Positions 53,273-64,000 of a DNA stretch of 64,000 nt are shown here, in pieces. Where the stretch lies: NCBI RefSeq assembly GCF_018350175.1, contig NC_058368.1, forward strand, positions 214,150,001-214,214,000, given 5' to 3'. Below the pieces are notes generated by a model. The model ran no database searches, was not told the origin of the DNA, and saw only the letters and a list, made by a program, of their open reading frames with translations. Origin of the DNA: Felis catus. Taxonomy: Eukaryota. Position numbers and translations under genes: made by a program. Position 1 is the first letter of the stretch; every line of letters begins with the position of its first letter.

Positions 53273-56200
53273 ATGTGTCTGGTTTACATTTATGCGTGTG
53301 TGCTCAGAGCATTCTTTCTTCAGTGAGTTATCTTTGTTGGAAGAGTTAAAAATTTCCTGGGTAGTACAGTCTTAAACAACTAGATACTGGTTGTATCTGG
53401 TCCCCTCTGACCCAGCCATTTTGGCTTAAAGAGCTTTTAGTCCATTTTACTTTTGTAGTAAATGAAGGTGCACCACCTTTTTGAGTAGTTATTTGTATGA
53501 ATTTCCCCCTCTTCTCTTCCTACTTTGTAAGTGATGGCGTTACAAAGACTGTATACACTTGGCTCTACAACTAATTAGGGATAACCTGAAGTTTCTCATA
53601 TGACTGCTTTGAAAAAGGGAGCATTCCTTAGGAATAGCACTTTTAAAATGTAGGCCAGTTAATCTTCATAAGAGGAAAGCTTAAACAAAAATATTAGATC
53701 TAGGGAAGTGCCCCAACCTCATCTGTCTTCAAAGTAAAATAAAAATCCCAATGGAGAACAAAAAGAGAAATAAAAGACTGAGGAGGAAAAAAAAACCAAC
53801 CCAAGCCCTGCATTTCTATATTTCTTCTCTAATATTATCGGAACAGTGTCACAACTGGGCGTGCTCTCTCTCTCTCTGTGTGAGAGTTTTACTTTTTCTC
53901 TTTTAGCAATTTCCCTATTAGCATGATGTTCTTGAGTCTTTGTATTTAGAATCATTATTCAGAAAAAAAAATTTGTACCAGAGAATGTTTGATTATCTAC
54001 ATTTTCACCTTTTTGTGAAGCAAATAAGGTGAGCTCAGTAGACACTAGCTAGCTGAAACACTATTAAAAAATGCAATTCAGACTGAGTCACTGTTCGTTA
54101 TTTTTATAAGCGAGACCCTAATTCTGATCAACCCCAAAGAATGGTTTGCCGTGACTAAGCAAGCAGCACAAGGCAACTGGCTTCTGCCGGATGTTATCTC
54201 ATTTGGAACACATTTCAAACTTTAGAACAGATTTTTAAATTGGAAGTTGCAACCTGCAGACTGTCAGCAGAAGCTGATTCACCCCTAGAGAACTTACTTT
54301 AAGTCCCAGGCAGACTTTTTTAAGGAGCAGGTTACCTAAAATGTGTTGTGATACATCAAAGAGAAAAATAAAAACACCTCACAAAATTAGGGTGATGCAT
54401 GCATCCAGACAGCATTTGGACATTTAATATATGCTTATTTGAATAGGGACTTTATATTATAAGCCTTTAGTTTAATATACTTGTGAATGTTTATAGATCT
54501 CTAAAAGGTTAATTAAATTTTTTTCAGCAAATATTTCTTTAGTGGTGGGGGTGCTTTTCATGGAAGTTTTGAGTCATAACTATAATGGCGTTATTATTAT
54601 TGGGTAAATTTGAATGAAGGAAGTACAGTCTTGGCAAGGTCAGAAATAAGGAAAATCTTATATTGATGGTAGTGAATTCTTTATTAATTGGCTAATGCTA
54701 TTATTTGGAACGATTGAAAAGTTACTGAAAGTCTGCATGCCCAGCTCACTGTGCAAATACTCCTGAGTTCCTTAAATTAGAGGAACCACACACATGATAG
54801 CAATAATAATGATTTTGACCTGGCATAAATGTCAAGGTAGTACTTGGAGGACATTAACTCAACTATGGAGAAAAAGCTGTTATGCACTTATTACCTTAGA
54901 TAACAAAATCCAGATGCAACTGAACTACAGGGAGAAATGCATGGAGTGACCCACTAGAGGTCCCTTCCAACTAAAAAAAGTTTCGATAGTTCAAAGGATG
55001 CAGCCTTGGTAAGTTGGCATTATGGCTGCAAAGCAAGTAAGGGCCAGAAGGGGGGACCACACATTTCACTTCCTAAGGAGGATACGTGGTTTTATTAAAA
55101 AATATTTGTCATATTTTATCATTTTTAAAAATCCCTATGTATATTATACATATGTGTGTATATACCATATATATTAGATATTCAAGAATTTGTTGTTCCA
55201 ACTTATTGACACATTTGCCAGAATGAAGTGTCTTTTGATGTCCTGGAATTATAGTTGTGCTTTCTAGAAATTTTCACTGTTTCAAGTTTCCCAGAGCAAT
55301 ATTTTGTGAGATAGACTTTTTTCTTAAAAAATGAAGAGTGCCTTAAAGTGAGTTTTTACTTGCAGAGCTGATGGAAGTGGTGGGTGGAGGAGGTAAGGTA
55401 CACATTTTCTGAGAGTAGGCTACTTGGTAGAAAATGACTTTGTTTCTATACATTATCTTTGCAAAGTTAGCATTAAGAACTATAATTGCAATAAATTGAT
55501 GTAAAAGCCAGATAGTAAAGGGACTAAAAGTCCCTATAGAGGATCCAGTCTGTCACTTATAATGGCAGTAAAAGATAATTTTAGACAAGTACAGTAGAAC
55601 TAAACCATTGCCATTTCCCTTCAGAACTGTGCTGCTGCCTCTCATGTTTTCCTGAAGAAATTTGTTACTTCCTCTGCTTGAGAAGTATGCCATGAACCAT
55701 CAAAGTAGGTAGAAAAAGATCTGCCTTTTATTTCCTCCCAATACCTTTTTAATTAGAACAGACCAAAAACAAAAGGGGGTGAGATACAGTCCTATGCAAT
55801 TGTATTTTCCAGTACATATTGGATTTCTTTTAAGTTTCTGAGCTCTGCATTGAAAATCTGGCCTCTGGAATAAACTTTGCCCTCTTCCTTTTGACATGAT
55901 GAAGACATCTGCTTGATCATACCCCCTTTCTTGACACAACTTGTTTTCCGGATCTCTAAAATAGCAAACACAGAGCCATGCAAGTGCTATTACACAAAGG
56001 ATGATGCTCAAGCTAAACTGGAAGAATTTTTTTTTTTTTTCTCCTAAAGTAGAATCGTAAAGGCTTTCTTTTCAGGTAAAGGTATCAGCAAGAAAAGAAA
56101 AAAAAAAAAAGAAAAGAAAAGCAATCCTTGGCTACCGTTTGTATAAGCATATTTGTTGTTCATTCTTAGAAGAGTTGTACATTTTCTAGGTATATCTCTG

Positions 56201-56599
56201 TGTTCCTTTTCCGATACAGAGAAGAGTTTATTATCCCCTGGATAATAAACAATCAGAAAGCCCATATTTTGCGTGTGCACCCCTGTAGAGCAGCCATACA
56301 TCTACATACCAGCCACTCCAGCTATGTTTGAAGGAAAAAAATCTCTTCTTTCCCACATTATGTGCTTCAGTAAGTGAAAGTGAAGATTGGCGGAGACAGG
56401 GGCTGACATACTTCTATAGTGTAAATATTATAATTAAAATAGCTTTACCAAAAAAATGAAGGAGGGAGAGGGAAATGTGGGGCTATTCCAGATGATTAAA
56501 CTTCTTGGTACTTGAATTTTCTCAGTAGTTAACTCAGGTGAACAGCCCTTTGGACTAACAAGGACCTGCATATAACTCCCCATAAAATATGGATTTTAT

Positions 56600-57975
56600 T
56601 GCAGCAGTGAAAACACTTCTCAGCACCACGCTGACCTCTCCAGCAGCCTCCATCTCGAGATCTCCGATAACTCTTGGCAGAAGAATATTTAACTACAGAA
56701 GTAAACCCGGCTCTCAACTGCTGCAGTACACAACACAGCAACATTCGCTCTTACTAAATTCGGGGATTAACGCATTGGGGGCTCCACTTTTCCTGCATCG
56801 GACACCTACAACCCGGCATACTTGGTCTGCTCTCCAACCAGTCCGGGGGAGGCGTTATCCCCCAGATTTGTGCCTGGCCAGCCGTGGAAGAGCACCATCG
56901 AGCTGCGTCGTCCACATGACTTTTCCCTGGACAGTGTGCTCCATTTTCGGAGTCCAATGTTGGACTTTCCTTGCAACCCAAGCATTTCTTTCCCTATGTG
57001 AGCCGGCAGGCATTTCCCAGAACGTGCAAGCTAACAGTTTTCTTTGGCTCCTTCTCTGAGCCATACCATCTATTTAGCTTAAGTTTTCCTTATTGGGAGC
57101 ATTCAGGAGTTTTCAAGCTACCTGATTTTCTGCTTTACCCCCCAGGGCAAGAAATGTAACTCAGCCAAAGCAGTCCCCGCACAGACCCTTGTGATGTGGG
57201 CAGGTGGAAATAAATCAAGCCCCCAACGGCTCTGCGGGTCCTGCACGCACCAGCGCCCTTGGTAATTGACCAGCCAACTTTGCAAATGCCGGAGCTCTCC
57301 TGGCAGCCTCTGCCCGCGGAGAGGAAGGCAGCGAGTTCTTCCCGGCGGCCCGTTACTTACGCTCCCACCCAGCCCCAGGGTGGATCGGTCTTACCAGAAG
57401 GCGGAGGAGCGGCGCCCAGACTCCCCGGAAACCCGCGCCTGTCCTGGGCAGCGGCAGCAGCGCCGCCCGCGCAGCCGGACCCGCGCGCCTGCCCCGACCC
57501 GGGCTCGCAGGCTGAGCATCCCTCCCAACTCCGGCGTGCGGCACCCATCGGGCAGAGAGGACTCTCTCTCTGATTGGCTTCCATCAACGCTACAGAATTA
57601 AAAAAAAAAGAAAAGGCTTGCACCACCACCACCACCGCCAACAGAGACCGAACCCACCTCTGCTTGCCTTCCTGCGCCCGGGGAGACCCTGCGACCCGCC
57701 CAGGCTGCTCCTGCCTCCGCTGCTTCTGCAGTCGCGGGCTCTGCCTTTCTTGCTGCCGCGGCTGAAACTGCAGCTCTTGGGATGGGAAGGTTACGGGCTC
57801 CCGAGAGCTGGCTCTTGTGGGCACACACTGATTTGCAAGTGAATGAAGTGGGAGGGAGCAAAGAGAGGAGGACTTTGTTAGAGAGGCCCAGTGCCTGCCC
57901 CCGCCCGCCCCCTCCCCTTGACAGAATGACTCCCTGTGTTTGAAGTCCTGAGCAATTCGCTCCCGGTAACACTCC
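56600..57975. promoter_or_regulatory. CDH6: CpG island / promoter of CDH6
   Basis: High GC and CpG density against an AT-rich background. GC boxes (cccgcccgcccc, about 57899-57911) lie about 50 bp upstream of exon 1, and there is a CCAAT box at 57570-57579. Confidence 0.8.
57658..57849 (-). other. CDH6: Non-coding first exon (5'UTR) of cadherin-6 (K-cadherin)
   Basis: The minus strand reads ACTTCATTCACTTGCAAATCAGTGTGTGCCCACAAGAGCCAGCTCTCGGGAGCCCGTAACC...CCAAGAGCTGCAGTTTCAGCCGC...GGAGCAGCCTGGGCGGGTCGCAGGGTCTCC...GGAAGGCAAGCAGAG|gtgggt. This matches my recollection of the human CDH6 mRNA 5' end up to the exon 1/2 junction. It lies in a CpG island, has a GT donor at 57657 and a GC box just upstream. 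The TSS position is approximate. Confidence 0.8.
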
Positions 57976-59970
57976 CTCAGCCCCAGGCTTTCCTTTCCTT
58001 TCCTTTCTTATTTTTGGGGGTTAAAACATACTCAGAACTTGTGTGACTCTGCCTGTTTCCTCCTTTATACTGCCAAAATGCACCTTGTGCTATTATCAGC
58101 TACGGTCAGATGTTCTTTTTTTCTTTTTTTACCGACCGAGCAATTATAATTCCCAGGGACACAGTACCTCATCGCTATCAGTTGGCCAGCTTCGTGTTAT
58201 AGCATGCATAACATGCACACATATAAAACAAACCGGGTCTCCTGAGATAACAATACCGATGGCTTTTCTACACAACATAAACAGGCGTTCTCCAGACGGA
58301 AGCAGACACAGATTCAGACGTGTCTTTCCTTCTCTCCTCCCAGGAAGACAGGTTTTTTACATAGTCCTGTGATCTCTGATACTTTGTCGGAGTGAGTCAC
58401 CCCAAGATGTAGCACGAAGGTGTGCATCCCTGGGCTTGCAGAAACACTCGAAACCCAACCCTTCAGGCTTGCTGATGACTTATGGCTGATTCCATCTTTC
58501 TAAATGAGTTAATACAAGGGTACAAAAGACTTGCAGAAGAAGAGTGTGTAATGATATTCAAGGTCTGCTTAACGGTTTAAGATCTTTCAGGAAAGTTCCT
58601 GAAGTGGGATAACCTCTAAATTAAACTCTTTGTTACCCTTTGCAGTTGGAATGGCTATATTTACAGTTACAAAAAAAGTAATTTTTAATATTAACTGCAC
58701 AAATCTTAAGCATGCCAAAGTATTATTAAACGAGAGTTATGGTTTTCTACATAGGAGATGTAGACATGATGGAGCCAGACACTGTTGGGTTAGGAAAATT
58801 AAATCTAATTACCACAGTGATTGCACCCAGGGTCAGCAGCATCCCAAACCAGCTGTTTGTGTAAGCTGCAAGTTCACAGAGAGATTTCCATTGCACGGTG
58901 CTCTAAAAACAAAATGCAGGCTACTTTGGCCTCTGAGTGATTAAACTGGTTGGAGGCCGGTCTCCTTCCCAGCTGAGCTCTTAACTAGAAAATCTTTTGT
59001 TTCACCAATAGAAGTTCAGGCATTTAAATAAAGCCGAAATCAAAGTAGTACCTCTAGGCAGTCAGTGCTTCAAAGAAGTGTACATGGAATGGTTTTAGCA
59101 CAGATGTTCCACACATGCAAGATGGAAAGACTCTGAATTTACTTCTTGAAAAGATCTTCCCCTAGCCATAGAATTGCCACCAATTTACAAAGAAAGGCTG
59201 AGCATTTTCTCTTCATGCAGCTATTTAAACTCTTGTGGAGAAAGGATAGGCAAGAAGAAAGCTGCTTCTGATTCGTAGTTCATTCCTCAGATTATGAATT
59301 TCTTACACATTTAATTGGAAATACTACCCCTTTATGTTTGTATAGTCCTTCATTGATTACAAAATACTTTCATAGACTATTTAATTCTTCTTTCAACAAG
59401 TGGTATGATTTTCCCTCATTAGGACGGAGAAAATAGATGGATGAAGAGATCGCATAGGTTAAGTAACATGTCTAAGGCAATAAAACCGGTAAGCAGAAGC
59501 AGCAGAAGTATTCCTAGAAAAACTGTGCAGCTGTATATGTATACATATAAAATCTACATACTATACATATATGTAATATATATGTAATTGTAAGTATGCT
59601 GATAAAAATAAGTTAGACTTTAAGACTACCTTTTATAGAAATATATGCAAATTAACTGATTTTAATGCTAAAAGTTGGAATAATAGTGAAGTTGATGTTC
59701 ACCCACTGAATGAGTTAATCTCTCACAAAGGAAATCTCTAATTGTTTGTAATATGCTATTCTTTAAACCCCATTAAGCCACATATCAAAAGTGGTTAAAA
59801 CAACTACTTTTTATTAAGAATGGATAAACAATTTGTTTCTGAACAGTTCAAGTGGCAGCTTTGAATTACAGAAAGGATGGCACTTTTTATGCTAAAAAGA
59901 GGTTGTGTGAATATCTCTAGTAACATTTACCACAATTATTATCAATTTCCAATTAATAATGATATATATG

Positions 59971-60185
59971 TGTTTAGTTTTTATTTTAGACAGAGAGAGA
60001 GAGCGTGCAAGTGAGTGCGAACACACGAGTAGGGGAGAGGGGCAGAGGGAGAGGCAGAGAATCCCATGCAGGCTCCATGCTCGGCATAGAGCCCGACACA
60101 GGGCTCAATTCCATGACACTGGGATCATGACCTGAGCTAAAATGTAGAATTGGATGCTCAACCGACTGAGCCACCCAGGCACCCC
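59971..60185 (-). mobile_element. Can-SINE
   Basis: Typical body ending GAGCCACCCAGGCACCCC. Confidence 0.93.
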
Positions 60186-62741
60186 AATAATATTGATATT
60201 GATGTAAATATCCATAATTATCTTATCCCAATTTCAGAGATTAAAGAACAGAGAGTTACTAAGGTTAAATGATTACCTGGTGTTTCCAGTTCATTCTCTG
60301 GCACACCAAAACATGCTGATAAATCATGAAGTTAATTAGAGATAGTTAAACAAATGGGGAGGGGTGTCTTTGCTACCATCATGTGGGATCTTCTTATGAA
60401 ATGTGAGTGGGACTTCTGCAGGGCCTCTGGAAAGGCCTGGAAACAGACACCCAGGAGCTACCAGCACTCTGCCTACAGTGCTACTTTTTTCTCACTGCAC
60501 TTCTGCTGGAGTTTCCTATCACAGTCCCTTCCTCTGTCAGAACGTCATACCAGCACAACTGACAGTTCCAGAGCTTACCTGTTGGAAAGAGAGTGTCTCC
60601 CTCTTTTTGCTCCATTTTCAGTTTCATGATTGATCAGGCATATATTCTGGACCCATCAGCTGGATCTGGGGTGGAGTGGGGGTTGGGAAGCAGTGGGGTT
60701 ACCTACATCCTGGGTCCCCTAGCAGCTAGGAGTGTCCTTGTAAACTGGGAAGACATCCCTAAAAGTGTCCCATTTCACATATTCTCTTGTTTAGTAATTT
60801 GGTACAGCTGAAGTACCTCATCAGCTTTTAGGCTACTTCATTATTTTATATGCTTCAGTCAAAATTACTTGTACTTCTCTCCTTTACAGCTTGCAAAGTT
60901 TCAATTTAAAAAAAAAACTCCTTCATAGACCATTACTAGGGATATTAATTTTGATGAGGGATTTTTCAACTTCCACTAAATCTCTCTTCAGATGATTAAG
61001 AGGCTATCTTATCCTTATAATGGGAATGCATATAAATAAATAATTACAAGTTCTCTGACTTTCTTTTCAATAATATACATCTGTATGCAATGATTATCTG
61101 GTACGAACATTTTCATGATCATCAACAATTATTCTTGATTAGAAGAAAAAGTTCACTTTTAAAACCATATGCCTAATTAAGAACCTTGGCATGGGTTGTT
61201 GTACTTGAACCAATCCAAATCTTCCATCTAAAATTTGCCTTAAGTATGTTGTTACCAGAAAAAGTACACACCTTATAATGCTTATTACTTAATATCGCAG
61301 TGTGCACAAGGGAACAGACTTCACTGAGGAATGAATGCCTGTTCTCCCGCTCTGCCCTGTGTGTGTATGTGCACATGTGCACGTGCATACATACACGTAT
61401 ACACCCACCCCAGTGTTTAAGGGAGGAAAAGGGTTTAACCACTCAGGGTATTATTGAACTGAAACAAAGGAGACAGGAAACCTCAATGGAATTCCCCTTT
61501 TGTGGAGCCATAGACATCTCAATACAAGCTAAAATAAATTCACACAAACTTCATGTGCTTATCCAGGTTTTCTAATCCTGGGAGGGTTTCCAATACTGTA
61601 TTTAAAATGGGTTGGATCCCAGGATGCATTAAGACATTTCTCCTCTTGATCATTGTATTTGACTCATCACTGTAGGTAGATTACAACAGCCAGGAGATTT
61701 CCAAATGAGATAAATGCACAGCAACACAGTGTTATTGACCTATCCAGGGCATTTTAGTACTCTGGGAATTTCAGGGTTGGTAGAGTGTACTTCAACTTTT
61801 TGCCAGATTCTTTTTACATTTTATTCACTGCTTTGTGGTAGAATCTAAATTTGCCTGATCAGATATGTACAACCCATGGTGGGTGGACTATACTATGTCA
61901 ATGAAGGGGTATGTCCTTGTTCAGAAGAAATGACCCATTAGGAGGATAAGTATCAGTATATTTTCTTAAATAACTGCTATAGACCAGAATGAGTGGAAAA
62001 GCCTACACTTACATCTAGAGAGTAAAATAATTTTCTTCCTTTTGCTAATTCCTCTCTCAATTATAGAATCACTCTATGGGAATAGTGGCAAGCTGGGGTA
62101 GGAAACAATATAATAACATATGTTCAAAAATATTTTGGGACTTTGAGAGAATTAACATTTTACAAATTTTGTCAAAAAAAAAAAAAGACGAGGACAAAGA
62201 CAAGAAGAGATTATCCTCTGTGTGGGTATAAATGTTCTTTTTAGAATAGACCAGACCTCACCTAGAGCATTCTTTTCCTCTTTAGGTATCACACTTAAAT
62301 ACCCCTATTCTCGTTTTGCCCCTGCTTTTGTGTTTCCGCTATACTTTGTAAAACACCTATTAGTACCTTAGCTATACTTTGTTGTTTACATATTCTTTTC
62401 ATCTACTAGACTGCATATCACTGAATTATTGAAGGTAGAGCATTTGTCTGTTTCATCATCATTTTATCTCCTTGTGCTTGAAAGTGTGTTTGGTGTTGAC
62501 ATGTATAAATAAGTAGAAATTGAGATAAAGTAAAATGGATTCAGTACACAGAAACTGGAGATGGCACATAGACTTAAAGACCATGTTTATATACTAAAGG
62601 TAATGGGACTGAAAAGTTTCAAGTAGGCCATGAACACTCTTTAAGTACTTGATGAATTGTCCTACAGAAGAAAATTAGACTGGCTTTTAATATGATGGAA
62701 TCTTCAATTATTATCAACTGGTGAAGCCACTGGAAGATATT

Positions 62742-62932
62742 GAACTTCACTGATTATAAGACACCCATATTTTCATATGGTAACATCTCTGAAATTATGA
62801 TGCTTCTTACAATTGACAACGATAAGAAAGCATCATGTCATGGTGTAATTGGCAGTGTCTCTTCTTTCTTAGTGACACATAAAATAATGGTACAGCTTAC
62901 TACCATGGGCATCTTAGATCTGATGACATGCA
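62742..62932 (+). mobile_element. MER104-like (TcMar-Tc2) MITE
   Basis: gattataagacac...aacatctctgaaat...cttacaattga...ggcatcttagatctgatga. Confidence 0.65.
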
Positions 62933-63344
62933 GATGGTAGATTTCAGCTTAACAAATGGAAGAATTTTCAAACTATTAGTGCGGTTCAAGATGAAGGGTA
63001 CTGGCAGCTTCAGGATAGAGATGAAGGCATTCAATCACAGACTAGACAAACACTTGTTTTAAGTGAACTCAAGCATCAAGTTTGGGATTGAATAATCTTT
63101 TACATCTTTGTTAAACCTGAGTTCCTTGAATTTTGACCTAACTCTCTTATTTTTGTAGATGAGGAAACAAGGATCATACAGGTTACATGCTTTGTCCAAA
63201 GCCACACATCTCATTAGAGGTCAAGACTGGACTATACATACCTGCCATTTTCTAATATGAACACACTTTCATTTAATGCTTATCTTTGTTTTCTCTTCAG
63301 GTTTACAATGTAGAAAATGGGTACAGGTAATATTTTTATAAGCA

Positions 63345-63570
63345 ATAATTAACATTACTACATGTATATGATGGGCCATTTACTTGTTCTTTACATGTAT
63401 TATTTAGTCCGTCTGATAGCCTATGTGCTGGGTATTATTATTTTCATTTTCAGATGAGGAAATTGAGGAATGGGAAGTAGAATAATTTGTTCAAGGTCAC
63501 ACAGCTAATATGAGTCAGGTTGAGATTCAAACACACATTTTTGAAGTGTGTTCCTGTACTCTTAATCACT
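63345..63570 (-). mobile_element. MIR
   Basis: cattttcagatgaggaaattgagg...caaggtcacacagctaat. Confidence 0.75.
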
Positions 63571-64000
63571 AGATAGGGACTTACAGATTCACAAAATTTA
63601 TTGTGTAATCTATAGGCAATGATGTGAAAATCAAAACTTGCCATAGCCAAAACTTTTTATTTTAAGTTAAACATGCTTTGGATGCTACATTACTATCTTC
63701 TTTATTATTTGCCTGAAGATATCTGGATAATGGATTCAGTTCTCTATTGCATTTATGTCCAAACAAAACCTTAAGTGCTTTTGTTAAATTTTAGGGCCAG
63801 CAGGAAGCAAAGAAAATTCGATTCTATTCTTTGCCATGTGTGTACCCAACCCATGCCTACTTCTATTCTCTTTCTATGTGGAAGTACCTTAAAGTTGAGA
63901 AAAAAAGTATTTAACTTATTTCCTGACCTCTGTTTCTTATTCATTGTGGGCCCTTGGCGATCGGTGAAGATACGTTGACTCTTACTGGTCTTTTTTGAGG

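Larger units (their letters stand above)
1..57657 (-). other. CDH6: Intron 1 of CDH6 (partial; continues past the window start)
   Basis: Follows the exon-1 donor. I found no cadherin coding exon (MRTYRYFLLLFW...) in the window, consistent with a long first intron. Confidence 0.7.

Noticed and set aside
56620..56640. REST/RE1 site (TCAGCACCACG)
   Set aside because: Only the left half matches, and the GGACAG right half is absent.
56529..57972. ORFs of up to 156 aa around the CpG island
   Set aside because: Typical CpG-island ORF noise overlapping a non-coding exon. No cadherin or other domain.

Overview
Mammalian genomic DNA, almost certainly a felid (cat-like): 11 Can-SINEs of the SINEC_Fc type and carnivore L1 fragments are present. 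I find no credible protein-coding exon, and the listed ORFs are repeat-derived or chance. A CpG island at about 56.6-58.0 kb holds a minus-strand, non-coding first exon (about 57658-57849) that matches my recollection of the human cadherin-6 (CDH6) mRNA 5' end. On that reading, 1-57657 is CDH6 intron 1 and 57.9-64 kb is upstream sequence. The intron is filled with SINEC, MIR, L1, L2, ERVL/MaLR and DNA-transposon relics. The most notable observations are: (1) a perfect 35-nt 5' half of tRNA-Gly(GCC) with a 13-bp target-site duplication and no poly(A), i.e. a tailless retropseudogene; (2) an isolated, CpG-rich L1 5'UTR with about three tandem YY1/E-box units that forms a second, intronic CpG island at 40.0-41.4 kb; (3) a likely alternative first exon downstream of a CCAAT box; (4) a twin-primed inverted L1; (5) a young 81-bp direct repeat inside an ancient ERVL relic. 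I see no evidence for a new multi-gene system. All family names come from remembered consensus sequences, not database searches, and most repeat boundaries are approximate.
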